Below, piece by piece: positions 22,368 to 32,579 of a stretch of DNA of 64,000 bases (within the stretch, counting starts at the first letter, position 1; each line of letters opens with the position of its first letter). Both the position numbers and the translations under genes were made by a program. The notes beneath the pieces were generated by a model. It had not been told where the DNA came from. It ran no database searches and worked only from the letters and a program-made list of their open reading frames with translations. Location of the stretch: assembly GCA_013202295.1 (NCBI GenBank), contig JABMRT010000101.1:3241-67240 (forward strand). Reading direction: 5' to 3'. Origin of the DNA: Candidatus Zhuqueibacterota bacterium (GTDB lineage: Bacteria; Zhuqueibacterota; QNDG01; JABMRT01).

Positions 22368-24335
22368 TTATTCCTCGACCTCTGGAAATAAATTATACAG
22401 ATTCAATATCCAGGTGTAAGCATTAAATCTATGTATTACTGCTCCGTTAAGCGCTGGGAAGTTTAATGGAATAACATCTGTGTGTATCGGTTGAGAGATC
22501 GTGAAGGGGGGATCATCAGGATCAGGAGGATAAAATGTCCAACTGCTTGTAGTCCAGCATTCTTCGATCCACTCAATATCCAGCCAGAAATCTCCCTGAT
22601 AGTCATTTGTCAGTTCCCCACTTAAGGTAATTGTATTGGTTCCAAAACCAATAATAGATGCCCCACCTGCCTGGCCGGTTACTGTGACATCGGAAACGCC
22701 GTGACCTGTTAAATGGCCGAATTCCTCAGTACCGATAAATGGAATAATACCATTCACAATCCATCTATCGTAATAATAGGGCGGCGCCTCATGCACAATA
22801 TCATGTTGACATACAATGTCACCCTGAATGCCGCATCGATTAAATATCTCACCAACACGGGCGGAATACTGTGAGACAAGATCTCCATACACCAAAAAAG
22901 AAAAAACAAGTTCACTGAATTTAGTCAAAGCATTCTTGTACCATCCGCACGGATTTTCAGGAACAGGCTGGTTAATAAAATTGCTTGCATCCCTTTCGAT
23001 AATTTCCCTCACTTTATCGAGTATCGCTTGAGCTTCCGCATCTCTGCCTAGTCCTTGAAGCATGTCCGCCCATCTTATCATTGCTTCAACCACATCATAT
23101 GTGCCCTGCCAATCAAAGGGATTTAAAGCACCCCCTTCCGCCGCTTTACCAGCCTGGTCAATTGCTTCATTCCCCGACGGATCTCCTGCGGAATAATCGC
23201 TAAAATGATAAATATCTCCCTCTATTGAGGAATCTGTAACTGCTATTTTCCCCAGCGGCAGCACAAAATCGGATTGTTTAATATAGAACAACGTTGATAA
23301 ATTTGTGTCCACATCGGTTGCGGCAAAAGTCACTTTTAAAGAGGCTGGTCGATGCGGTCTGAATCCTCCGGGAGAGATATTTACTCCGGGAAATATATTA
23401 TTGTGAATTGGATTGTTGGGCTGTGTATCAAATGTGGATAGTGTGATCGTCGTAGGTTCCCACAGTGCATATCGTGGAATAGTCAGTGTGATGGAGTCAT
23501 TACGGCTGTTCGCGACCGTAATGATTCCGCCTGTTGTGTCAAGAGTGACAATGCTCTGATTCCCTATCTGAACCAAAGAAAAATTGGTTTCATTATTGAT
23601 ACCCTGAATAAGTTTTCTTGAACGTTCCATACAGGCATATCCGGTTTTTTCTATCTTAAAAAGCACTTCAAGGGTATCGCCAGCTTCCTTGATAAGGCGC
23701 ACATCTGGTTCACTACTTTTAAATGTCTGTCCTGGATTCCCAAATATCTGATTTAGCGAGAGCTTAAGAAAGCTGCCTGAAGTGAGCATCAACTTTCTTG
23801 ATTCTGATACATAGCCATTATTAAATCTCAGTCTGCAAATATAAATGCCACTGGTAAGAAATCCGTGATGATTGACTTTCCTGCCGAGGATATTATACAT
23901 CTCAAGAATGGGAGTTTCCAGCTCATTGTCAGGAACCTGGTACTGAATGGTTAAAGTTTCATTGTTTTCCGGCGTTACTGGATTGGGATGGAATTCACTC
24001 ATCAAATAAGATGAAGGTGCTGCTGAGGGTCGAGTGCGGACACTTGTGAAGTTTAAATTAACTGTTGCATCATATGAGCCGCTTCCATCTGTATATATAT
24101 CCGTATAGAGCACATCACCAGTGACAGGATTCAGCAAGGAAATTTTCGCATTGTCAATTGCAGCTAGTGTTGAGACATCAGTAATGATACCGCTAATTTG
24201 ACAAGCTGACATTGTTTTTAAATCAGATGAAGGCGACCCATAAATATTACCTGTGTAGCTTGTTAATGGTAATATTGATAACACAATAAGAAATAGTATA
24301 CTATTTCGAGGATTAAAGATGTTTAGCCTTAACAC
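22368..24335 (-). CDS. Hypothetical secreted protein with N-proximal CarbopepD_reg-like segment and an internal T9SS-sorting-domain-like (FlgD-Ig) module
   Basis: Signal peptide; residues ~105-185 EFHPNPVTPENNETLTIQYQVP...EMYNILGRKV...GIYICRLRF resemble the C-terminal sorting domain but sit near the N-terminus. Confidence 0.5.
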   Translation of the reverse strand: MLRLNIFNPRNSILFLIVLSILPLTSYTGNIYGSPSSDLKTMSACQISGIITDVSTLAAIDNAKISLLNPVTGDVLYTDIYTDGSGSYDATVNLNFTSVRTRPSAAPSSYLMSEFHPNPVTPENNETLTIQYQVPDNELETPILEMYNILGRKVNHHGFLTSGIYICRLRFNNGYVSESRKLMLTSGSFLKLSLNQIFGNPGQTFKSSEPDVRLIKEAGDTLEVLFKIEKTGYACMERSRKLIQGINNETNFSLVQIGNQSIVTLDTTGGIITVANSRNDSITLTIPRYALWEPTTITLSTFDTQPNNPIHNNIFPGVNISPGGFRPHRPASLKVTFAATDVDTNLSTLFYIKQSDFVLPLGKIAVTDSSIEGDIYHFSDYSAGDPSGNEAIDQAGKAAEGGALNPFDWQGTYDVVEAMIRWADMLQGLGRDAEAQAILDKVREIIERDASNFINQPVPENPCGWYKNALTKFSELVFSFLVYGDLVSQYSARVGEIFNRCGIQGDIVCQHDIVHEAPPYYYDRWIVNGIIPFIGTEEFGHLTGHGVSDVTVTGQAGGASIIGFGTNTITLSGELTNDYQGDFWLDIEWIEECWTTSSWTFYPPDPDDPPFTISQPIHTDVIPLNFPALNGAVIHRFNAYTWILNLYNLFPEVEE

Positions 24336-24559
24336 GATAACCTCCTATCAATAATGACATAGAAAATATTTCTTTTGTTTCAAGCCATAGACATGAAATG
24401 ATTTCCAGACGCAGACATTTGGGATACTGTCAAAAAAACCGGTGTCAAGTCGTGGGAATACGTACAGGTACAGTAGTGTCAGAAGGTGCAGTGTAAATAG
24501 AATTGAAGTTGACAGCAATATACGAAGTGATATTAGAAAATCAAGGATTTTTCTATGAA

Positions 24560-25492
24560 TTATATGATAGCTTCCTGAGCCAACGCAATAGCGCCACAAA
24601 TCCCCGCATCATCACCAAGCAGCGGCGGCACGATAAACCCGCTGATATCCTCGCTAAGTGCCGGAGAAACAATGTATCCATTTAAAACGATCTGCACCTT
24701 CTCACGAATCATTTGAAAGAAACGATCTGAACCAAGTAAACCCGCCTTTCTGACACTGCCCCCAAGTATCACCCTGCGAGGCGATAAAATGCACACAATG
24801 TTGGCAACCGCATAGGCAATATACTGGGTTTCGAACTTCCAGGCCTCATGCTCTGACGGAAGATTTGAAGCGAGTATCCCTGATCGATTCATAAGTGCCG
24901 GCCCTGAACACAGACCTTCCCAGCACGCACCGTCATGAAAAGGGCATACGCCTTCAAAGGTATCACCTGGCACGCGCGGGAGCAACATGTGCCCCATCTC
25001 GGGGTGAACAAGTCCGTGAAGGAGATGTCCGCCCACCAGACCTCCGGCGCCAATGCCGGTACCGATGGTGATATAAACAAAATCTTCCAGACCAATCCCG
25101 TTACCCCAATAATACTCTCCAAGCGCGGCCGCGTTCACATCAGTGTCAAATCCAATTGGAAGATCCGGAAATTTCTGATGGACGAAACCTGCAATATCCG
25201 TGTTCCGCCATCCGGGTTTTGGTGTTGAGGTAATAAATCCATAAGAGGGTGAATTAGAATTAAGATCCACAGGGCCGAACGATCCAATCCCGATGGCTTG
25301 CAACCGCCCTCGCCTGCGCTGCTGTTCGCCGAGCCAGTTTGTAACCTCGGATAGGACATGAGCAGGACGATCTCCGGTAGGGAACTCAATGCGGTTCAGA
25401 TCTTGTGGATTCGTACCCACGGCGCACACGAATTTGGTGCCGCCAGCCTCAATCGCACCTACAATTTTCTCACTGCGTTGTCGGATCATCAA
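24560..25492 (-). CDS. ROK-family sugar kinase (fructokinase/Mak-like)
   Basis: GAIEAGGTKFVCAVG; Zn motif GHMLL...CPFHDGACWEGLCSGPAL characteristic of ROK kinases. Confidence 0.8.
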   Translation of the reverse strand: MMIRQRSEKIVGAIEAGGTKFVCAVGTNPQDLNRIEFPTGDRPAHVLSEVTNWLGEQQRRRGRLQAIGIGSFGPVDLNSNSPSYGFITSTPKPGWRNTDIAGFVHQKFPDLPIGFDTDVNAAALGEYYWGNGIGLEDFVYITIGTGIGAGGLVGGHLLHGLVHPEMGHMLLPRVPGDTFEGVCPFHDGACWEGLCSGPALMNRSGILASNLPSEHEAWKFETQYIAYAVANIVCILSPRRVILGGSVRKAGLLGSDRFFQMIREKVQIVLNGYIVSPALSEDISGFIVPPLLGDDAGICGAIALAQEAII

Positions 25493-25692
25493 TAACCTCT
25501 ATGGACGTCATAAATTGAAAGATAAGCTGTCTATAATCTATAAAGTCAGATTGAAATTGCAAACGGTTTTCTGTGGGGAGTGTACTCCCCCACCAAAACC
25601 CCAACAACTTCCTGACACTATACGTATATTAAATCAGCATTAATCCTTTTCAACCATCAACCGGTCTAATCAATCAAAGACCCCAGGGCTGA

Positions 25693-26196
25693 ATGACCGA
25701 AACCGAAATCATCAAGCAATGCCAGCAGGGCGATCTGGCCGCGTTCAAGGCGTTGTATGACATGTACCATCAACCCGCGCTGCGTATCGCGCTGCACATG
25801 CTCGGTCACCCGCAAGATGCGGAAGACGCGGTGCAGATCCTGTTCATCAAGCTGCACCGATCCATTGGCCAGTTTCATTTCAAGGCAAAATTCAGCTCCT
25901 ATCTGTTTCAGATACTGAAGCGGATCTGTTTTGATGAAATCCGCAGACGAAAAAGAAACCGAACCGCGCCATTAGACAAAGTGATATACAGCCATGAACC
26001 GAATTTGGATCAAAAACTCATCCTCGAAGCAGCCATTGCGAAACTACCTGAGCGAATGCGCATGTGCTTCGTGCTCTTCGCAGTTGAAGAGCAAAAGCAG
26101 GAAGAGATCGCCAAGATTATGGAGATGTCCATAGGTGGCGTGAAATCAACCCTATATCAAGCAAGGATTCGCCTGCGTAAAATGCTGGATGACTAA
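25693..26196 (+). CDS. ECF (sigma-70 family, group 4) RNA polymerase sigma factor
   Basis: Region 2 (YHQPALRIALHMLGHPQDAEDAVQILFIKLH) and region 4 (LPERMRMCFVLFAVEEQKQEEIAKIMEMSIGGVKSTLYQARIRLRK). Confidence 0.85.
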   Translation: MTETEIIKQCQQGDLAAFKALYDMYHQPALRIALHMLGHPQDAEDAVQILFIKLHRSIGQFHFKAKFSSYLFQILKRICFDEIRRRKRNRTAPLDKVIYSHEPNLDQKLILEAAIAKLPERMRMCFVLFAVEEQKQEEIAKIMEMSIGGVKSTLYQARIRLRKMLDD

Positions 26197-26851
26197 TCGG
26201 AGAAAACAATTGAATTGTGACGGATTTAAAAAGTGGCAGCTTGGCAAATGGCCGGATGAGAAATTTCAGGACCATGTGAAAGATTGCTCCGTTTGCGCAG
26301 AAGCAGAAAGACAGGATCGCGAGCTTCTGGACATGGCCCGTTCCCTGAAACAGGATGTGAACACGCCCTGGCTCTGGACCCTGATTGAATCGGCAATCAA
26401 ACAGGATGTGAAACAGAAAGAAACCCAAATTTTGCGAAGCGGATGGTGGACGCGTCCCGCCTTTCGCATGGCTGCGGTGCTTGTTCTGGGTGTCGGACTG
26501 GGACTGATCCTGCGGTCAGGACTCCTGCCGTCTCAATCCGGCATTCTGGCCAACTCCGCGCTCAAACGCGTGGAAGCATCCGAGCAAGCGTATGAATCTG
26601 CGATTTCGGATCTTGAAACCGAAGCCGGTACACAGCTCACGGAAATGGATATTGAACTCATGCTGCTCTATCGTGATCGATTGGAAACCATTGACGATCA
26701 AATCGAAGAGTGTAAAACCGAACTCACGCGAAATCCGGCGAACGCGCACATCCGGCATTATCTGCTGGCCGCGCTGAAGGACAAGAAAGAAACCCTGAAT
26801 GAAATTATTGACTGGGCGCCTCACACCGATCCAGCAGAGAGCGTCTCATAA
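26189..26851 (+). CDS. Anti-sigma factor, single-pass membrane (Zn-finger-like N-term)
   Basis: 8-bp overlap with sigma gene; HVKDCSVCAE motif; TM AAVLVLGVGLGLIL. Confidence 0.6.
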   Translation: MTNRRKQLNCDGFKKWQLGKWPDEKFQDHVKDCSVCAEAERQDRELLDMARSLKQDVNTPWLWTLIESAIKQDVKQKETQILRSGWWTRPAFRMAAVLVLGVGLGLILRSGLLPSQSGILANSALKRVEASEQAYESAISDLETEAGTQLTEMDIELMLLYRDRLETIDDQIEECKTELTRNPANAHIRHYLLAALKDKKETLNEIIDWAPHTDPAESVS

Positions 26852-26864
26852 ATTGGAGGCACAC

Positions 26865-28526
26865 ATGCAATCCTTAAATCACATTCGAATGAAACAGCAA
26901 ATCCTGACGACCATCCTTTTTATCATTGGGGTCACCGTATTACACGCCGAGGATGTCTCTGGGAAAAGGACCTTTGAAGAAGAGATTCCGGCAAGATCCG
27001 GGGGGACCCTGATCATTGAAGAGTCTCGTGGCGACCTGAGAATCGAGGGCACGGATGACAATAAAGTCTCCGTGCGTGCGTTTCTCGGCGTAAAAAATTC
27101 GTCCGATGATATAGTGGAAAAGTATATGGAATATACCTCTCTTGAACTGGAGGAAACCTCTGAAGGCGTACGTCTCTCGTTTCGCACACCAGAGGATGTG
27201 GAGGACGGCTCTCTGATCGAAGTTTTTTCAAAGCAACTCAGGAATCTGATGAAAGCAGGCAAATGGCGGATCTCTGTAGAACGCCGAATGACAGTTAAGT
27301 TGCCGAAGAATCATAACCTCGAGGTGCACAATAAATACGGTGATGTGTGGATCAGATACGTAAACGGTGAGCTGGAAATCGAAAACCAGTCCGGAGAGGT
27401 GAAAATTGCAGATTGCGGCGGTAATCTGGATCTGAAAAACAGCTACGCGGCCGTGAGTGTAGAGGATTTCAAAGGTACAGTGAAAATCAGAGTATCTAGC
27501 GGGGAAGTGAATCTCAATCGCATTCAGGGCAGCGTGGATATTGAAAACAGTTATCGGCCAGTCACAATTAATCAGATTGGCGGAAATTGCATCATTCAGT
27601 CGTCCAGCGCGGAAGTCAAAGGTCGCAGAATTAACGGCGATTGCTATATCCGTTCTTCATACAAACCGATATATATATCAGATGTTCAGGGCAATCTGGA
27701 TGTCAATGGTTCAAGCGCTGAAGTCACGGCCCTGCGCGTAGCCGGTCGCGTGGAAATCGAATCCAGCTACAAAGATATTAAGGTGGATAGCGTGGGCCAG
27801 AATTTAATTATCAAGGGCAGCTCAGCACCCGTGACTGCCTCAAGAATAAATGGACCTGTTTCTATCCGCACATCCTATAAGCCCATCAAAGTTACGGATG
27901 TCAACGGCTCACTTGATGTGGACGGTTCTTCCTGTTCCGTGGAAGCCATAGGCATCAAGGGTGATGCCACGATTCAGGCTACGTATAAAGAAATTACATT
28001 AAAGGACATAAGCGGACGTGTGGAAGTGCACGGTTCATCAGCACCGGTCACTGCCGTGAATATCGGGGAGTCGGCTGTGATTCACTCCTCCTACAAACCA
28101 ATTCAGGTAAGGGATATCAAAGGCGATCTGAAAGTGGAAGGAAGTTCATGCAGTGTGTCCGTGGAGAATATCGGCGGCGACCTGGAAATCACAAATTCGT
28201 ATAAATACGTGATTGTGAAAGGCACCTCCGGATCGATTCAGGTGAATAGCAGCTCAGGCCCTATTGAAGTTACTGGAGTAAAACATATTCCGGAGAATGG
28301 CAGGATTGAGATTATCACTACTTACAAACCCATCACCCTGACATTGCCCAAGGGATTGAACGCATCCATTGACGCAAAAACGAAATATGGCACGATTGAA
28401 TACAATTTGTCGGGAAGCCGGCGAGGAACAAGCCAAAAGGACCGGCTCGCCATAAGTCTCGGATCAGGCGACATTCCAATTTACCTGAAGACGGATAAAG
28501 ACATCACGATTAGTGAAAATAAGTAA
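26865..28526 (+). CDS. DUF4097/DUF4098-type repeat adhesin-like beta-helix protein
   Basis: RBS ggagg then MQSLNH; ~15 tandem ~23-aa repeats (SSYKPIxVxDIxGxLxVxGSSAxV); sigma/anti-sigma/DUF4097 gene order. Confidence 0.75.
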   Translation: MQSLNHIRMKQQILTTILFIIGVTVLHAEDVSGKRTFEEEIPARSGGTLIIEESRGDLRIEGTDDNKVSVRAFLGVKNSSDDIVEKYMEYTSLELEETSEGVRLSFRTPEDVEDGSLIEVFSKQLRNLMKAGKWRISVERRMTVKLPKNHNLEVHNKYGDVWIRYVNGELEIENQSGEVKIADCGGNLDLKNSYAAVSVEDFKGTVKIRVSSGEVNLNRIQGSVDIENSYRPVTINQIGGNCIIQSSSAEVKGRRINGDCYIRSSYKPIYISDVQGNLDVNGSSAEVTALRVAGRVEIESSYKDIKVDSVGQNLIIKGSSAPVTASRINGPVSIRTSYKPIKVTDVNGSLDVDGSSCSVEAIGIKGDATIQATYKEITLKDISGRVEVHGSSAPVTAVNIGESAVIHSSYKPIQVRDIKGDLKVEGSSCSVSVENIGGDLEITNSYKYVIVKGTSGSIQVNSSSGPIEVTGVKHIPENGRIEIITTYKPITLTLPKGLNASIDAKTKYGTIEYNLSGSRRGTSQKDRLAISLGSGDIPIYLKTDKDITISENK

Positions 28527-28583
28527 GAGTAGATGGATCTCCCCTTAAAGAAGGGGAGATCCAATTTAATTGGGTGTTGTTTT

Positions 28584-29696
28584 TTACCGCATCAACAACA
28601 CCTTCTGCGATTTCACCACATCCCCTGCGATCAGACGAAGAATATATGTACCTGTGGACGCCTGCCTTCCCGTATCGTCTTTTCCATGCCAATAGATGTT
28701 GTAACTGCCAGCACTCTGTTCTCCGTTCAATAGCGTGCTTACCTTACGGCCAAGCAAATCATACACTGCGATTTGCACCCGACCGGATCCAGAAAGTTGA
28801 TAGCTGATTTTAGTCTGGGGATTGAAAGGATTCGGAAAAGGAGGTTCCAGTGCCGTCTCCTCAGGGAGATCATCCAGAGTGATCGAAATCACATCAAGAA
28901 TGTTCATATCACCTTTTATATTGACATCGGACAGACGGTATGAATAGGTCTCACCGGGTTGGACGGTTTCATCCGTGAACTGGTATTCGGTCTTGGAGGA
29001 AGTATTGCCCTGCCCCTGCAGATCGGGATGGGTTTGGTATGAGGCGATCTCATCCCACTGTAGGGACGAATGGCCATTCGCTCGCTCCAGAACAAATCCC
29101 AGATTATTGACTTCAGATTCTGTCGTCCATTTGATTTGCACACCATCGGCCACAGGTTCCGCGGAGAAGGAGGAGAGTTCAACCGGCAGAGAGGCATCGG
29201 TTACATTATCTACCACAAACTGATCACACCAGATTTTATATCCACCCGCATAGACCGGATTTTCCTCAAGGGTTACCATATCGACCTGTTGAAAATTGGT
29301 ATTGATCGTTTTATAAGCGTCGCCGTTTACCAATGAAAATGTTACCGGAGAACCACTCACCTGTACTCCTGACTTATATCCCTTTATTATCCAAGTGGGT
29401 GCGCTAATAAGAACCATTAAATCAATACTGTTCAAATCAAAAAGCCAGCCATTGCTGTGGGTGATGGTTGTTTTAATTGATGCCCCACTTCCACCCGTAT
29501 CCCCCATTTCTAATTCACCGGGATAGCTCGCCATTGAATGGAATTCATAGCCAGCTTCTCCGCCGGTATCCGTTAATACAAATGGAAGGTCATCTTCAGT
29601 AAATTGCAGTGGGCTCGCATAGTAACTGTCTGACGTAAAAGCATCGAAACCTATAGTTGTTTGTGAATATAAGGGTAGAAGAATTAAAAAAACCAT
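28584..29696 (-). CDS. Secreted protein with T9SS C-terminal sorting domain (paralog A)
   Basis: C-terminus PFPNPFNPQTKISYQLSGSGRVQIAVYDLLGRKVSTLLNGEQSAGSYNIYWHGKDDTGRQASTGTYILRLIAGDVVKSQKVLLMR. Confidence 0.75.
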   Translation of the reverse strand: MVFLILLPLYSQTTIGFDAFTSDSYYASPLQFTEDDLPFVLTDTGGEAGYEFHSMASYPGELEMGDTGGSGASIKTTITHSNGWLFDLNSIDLMVLISAPTWIIKGYKSGVQVSGSPVTFSLVNGDAYKTINTNFQQVDMVTLEENPVYAGGYKIWCDQFVVDNVTDASLPVELSSFSAEPVADGVQIKWTTESEVNNLGFVLERANGHSSLQWDEIASYQTHPDLQGQGNTSSKTEYQFTDETVQPGETYSYRLSDVNIKGDMNILDVISITLDDLPEETALEPPFPNPFNPQTKISYQLSGSGRVQIAVYDLLGRKVSTLLNGEQSAGSYNIYWHGKDDTGRQASTGTYILRLIAGDVVKSQKVLLMR

Positions 29697-29858
29697 CCGT
29701 AAGCAAAGGTATTAAATCTCTTTTTCATAATCCCCTCCTTCTTTTGGTGTCCCCTCTTGCATGATTTATATCAACATCTACTGAGCAAGTAAACACTGGC
29801 TGTATTGATAATACTTAAACCAATTTCTTGATACAAGCCTTTTCACACTATATGAGTG

Positions 29859-32165
29859 TCACCGCATCAACAACACCTTCTGCGATTGTACCACCTCACC
29901 TGCGATAAGACGCAGGATGTACGTACCTGTAGAGGCCTGCTGTCCAAAATCATCTTTGCCATGCCAGTAAATATTATAACTGCCCGCACCTTGCTCCATG
30001 TTCAAAAGCGTACTCACCTTGCGGCCTAACATATCATACACCACGATTTCCACCCGTCCAGATTCAGCTAACTGATAACTGATTTTTGTCTGGGGATTAA
30101 AGGGATTCGGAAACGGCGGCTCAAGCGCGGTTTCCTCAGGAAGATTATCCAAGGCAATGGTAACCACATCAAGGATGTTCACATCACCTTTTGTGTTGAC
30201 ATCGGACAAACGGTATGAATAGGTCTCACCAGGTTTGACATTCTCATCCGTGAACTGATATTCGGTTTTGGAGGATGTATTGCCCTGCCCCTGTAATTCT
30301 GAATGGATCTGATACGAAGCAATCTCTTTCCACTGTAGGGGCGATTCAGGAATCGCCCGCTCCAAAACGAATCCCAAATTGTTCACTTCAGATTCCGTGG
30401 TCCATTGAACCAACACGCCCCCGGCAACAGATTCAGCGGACAATGAAGAGAGCTCAACCGGCAAAGAGGCGTCATCCCCCGCGTTCAATTGACCATACGT
30501 TGAGGACCCATTCAACGCGCCGCCACTGATGGACAAATCCCCAGCAACGTCAATGGTTGCATTCATGTTGTCATCAGCAGTCGCCGATGCGGCAATATCA
30601 GCCGTCACCCAGAAGTAGTTGGTTGCCCAGGAGACAATGGAATAACTGAGGCCGCTGAAGGTCAAATCACCGCCCGAACCCGGATCAGCCTGTGCAACAC
30701 CCAGTGTGCCGGCGCTCGCAAAATTATTGGATTCAGCAGCGTACAGCTGAAATGGAGCTGATTCCAGATCGGTTGGATCATACGTGCCGCCCAGCGTGAG
30801 TGTCACGGAGTTGAGCGTGCCTCCCCATTTTGAAGTGTTTAAACTGAATTGCCCGCAAACCCAGTTGGTTTCAGGCGGTGCGGCATTCGTTTGCTGAAAA
30901 TCGAGAGCCGCGTCTTCGCCGTTTGTGAAGGTGATATCAACCAGAGTTGTGCATCGTTCAACTGCACCGTACGTAGTGCCCACTGAATTAATTGCATAGG
31001 CCTTGAAGTAATATTGCTGACCCGAACTGAGCCCGCCAATCGATTCACTGAATGGACCCGTGCCGCTGCCGTTGTCATCTTTAGTGACACCGGGATCGCC
31101 AATATACGGATCTGAATCCGAGGATGAATAAACCACACCTCGGTCTGTCACCGACGCACCGCCGTCATCCGTCACATTGCCACCCAGGGTAGCGGACGTG
31201 GTCGTCACAGTAGAACAGGCGCTTGTGGTTACGGTAGGCGTGGTGATAGTCGTTCCATTATTCGGATTATTGGTTGCCGCGGTGCTAAGGTACAATTCAG
31301 AACCCGCCCCACGGTTGTATTCACACACATGAACCCGATAAGTTGTACCTGCGGACAATCCAGAGACCCCCATGTCTGTCCCAGTCCCTTTGTATATGCA
31401 ATACCAACCAGTGGACCCGATTTGTGATCCTGAACCAAAGGTAGAACTGGCAGTATAGGTTGTATTATCCACAGGACTCGCAGTACCTGATGAACCTTGA
31501 ATCATAAATACTGCACAATTTTCTCCATTTCCCCTTGTCCAGTGGACACCCATACCAGTGGTACTAATATTATCAAAATTTATACTGCTGGCCTGTGTTG
31601 TTGGTTCGGCTAATGTTGTCGCATTGCGCGGATTATTCGTGGCAGAGGCGATAAGGTATAATTCGGAACCGGCCCCCTCGTTATATTCGCACACATGAAC
31701 CTGATACGTCGCACCCGGAGTTAATCCAGAAACCCCCATGTCAGTCCCCGTGCCATTGAATATGCAATACCAACCGGTGGACCCGATTTGTGTCCCTGAA
31801 CCAAAAGTAGAACTGGCAGTATAGGTTGTATTGTCGACAGGACTTGCGCTGCCGGAGGAACCAAGCTTCATAAATACGGCACAATTAGCGCCATTTCCCC
31901 TTGTCCAGTGGACACCCATATTTGTGTAATTGATATTGTCAAAATTTACATTGGTAGCCTGGGTGGTGGGGGTAGCACTAATAGTGGTGGGGGCAGCACT
32001 AATAATAGTAACTGTTGGAGGAGGATTACCTGCTACATCAGCTACCACAGCAGAAGATTGAGCAATTAAATTTGGGCTCATTGCCAATCCAAGAATTAAT
32101 ATGAATGTAATCTTTAACAAGTTCTTCATTTTTCTTTCCTCCTTGTTTTCTTTGTCCAGTTTCAA
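29859..32165 (-). CDS. Secreted Fn3-repeat protein with T9SS C-terminal sorting domain (paralog B); start probably at Met 32129
   Basis: Two ~120-aa Fn3-like repeats (...MGVHWTRGNG.NCAVFM..GSSG.ASPVDNTTYTASSTFGSG.QIGSTGWYCI..GTGTDMGVSGL..G.TY.VHVCEYN...); C-terminal 200 aa ~85% identical to paralog A incl. sorting domain. Confidence 0.75.
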   Translation of the reverse strand: MKLDKENKEERKMKNLLKITFILILGLAMSPNLIAQSSAVVADVAGNPPPTVTIISAAPTTISATPTTQATNVNFDNINYTNMGVHWTRGNGANCAVFMKLGSSGSASPVDNTTYTASSTFGSGTQIGSTGWYCIFNGTGTDMGVSGLTPGATYQVHVCEYNEGAGSELYLIASATNNPRNATTLAEPTTQASSINFDNISTTGMGVHWTRGNGENCAVFMIQGSSGTASPVDNTTYTASSTFGSGSQIGSTGWYCIYKGTGTDMGVSGLSAGTTYRVHVCEYNRGAGSELYLSTAATNNPNNGTTITTPTVTTSACSTVTTTSATLGGNVTDDGGASVTDRGVVYSSSDSDPYIGDPGVTKDDNGSGTGPFSESIGGLSSGQQYYFKAYAINSVGTTYGAVERCTTLVDITFTNGEDAALDFQQTNAAPPETNWVCGQFSLNTSKWGGTLNSVTLTLGGTYDPTDLESAPFQLYAAESNNFASAGTLGVAQADPGSGGDLTFSGLSYSIVSWATNYFWVTADIAASATADDNMNATIDVAGDLSISGGALNGSSTYGQLNAGDDASLPVELSSLSAESVAGGVLVQWTTESEVNNLGFVLERAIPESPLQWKEIASYQIHSELQGQGNTSSKTEYQFTDENVKPGETYSYRLSDVNTKGDVNILDVVTIALDNLPEETALEPPFPNPFNPQTKISYQLAESGRVEIVVYDMLGRKVSTLLNMEQGAGSYNIYWHGKDDFGQQASTGTYILRLIAGEVVQSQKVLLMR
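31240..31975. repeat. Intragenic tandem DNA repeat (~365 bp x2, ~90% identical) encoding the two Fn3-like modules
   Basis: Direct comparison of 31318-31497 with 31683-31866 etc. Confidence 0.6.
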
Positions 32166-32442
32166 CTCAGCTCATCCTCATTAGCATGAAAAGATCACAG
32201 GCCATAAAGCATGGCTCTGCATCTCTCAAATATTATAATGTACACCAATTTCAAGAAATACTCTGTTCAATTAGATCATAATAAAGAAACGGTCAAATCC
32301 AAAATATAAAAAGGATCTCTCTCCCCCCGGAAGGCGATAGCAGACGTTGCGGCTAAAACAGCATAACTAAATATCTGAACAGAATCAAGTGACAATTGCG
32401 TCAAGAGTGTAAAAAAATGTAGGGCACTACTCACGCATTAAA

Positions 32443-32475
32443 AAACCTGTCAGGTCTTCGAGACCTGACAGGTTT
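32443..32475 (-). terminator. Rho-independent terminator for minus-strand gene 32580..33026
   Basis: aaacctgtcaggtct-tcg-agacctgacaggttt perfect 15-bp stem; A6 on plus strand (T-run on minus) immediately after. Confidence 0.7.
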
Positions 32476-32579
32476 GAATTATTTCTCCCTGATAAGAGAG
32501 ATCCATCCCGCATCAATGGAATGGTAGAGGGTTTCTTACCACAATCAATTGTCGTACACCTTGATGGTAGTATCCGATA

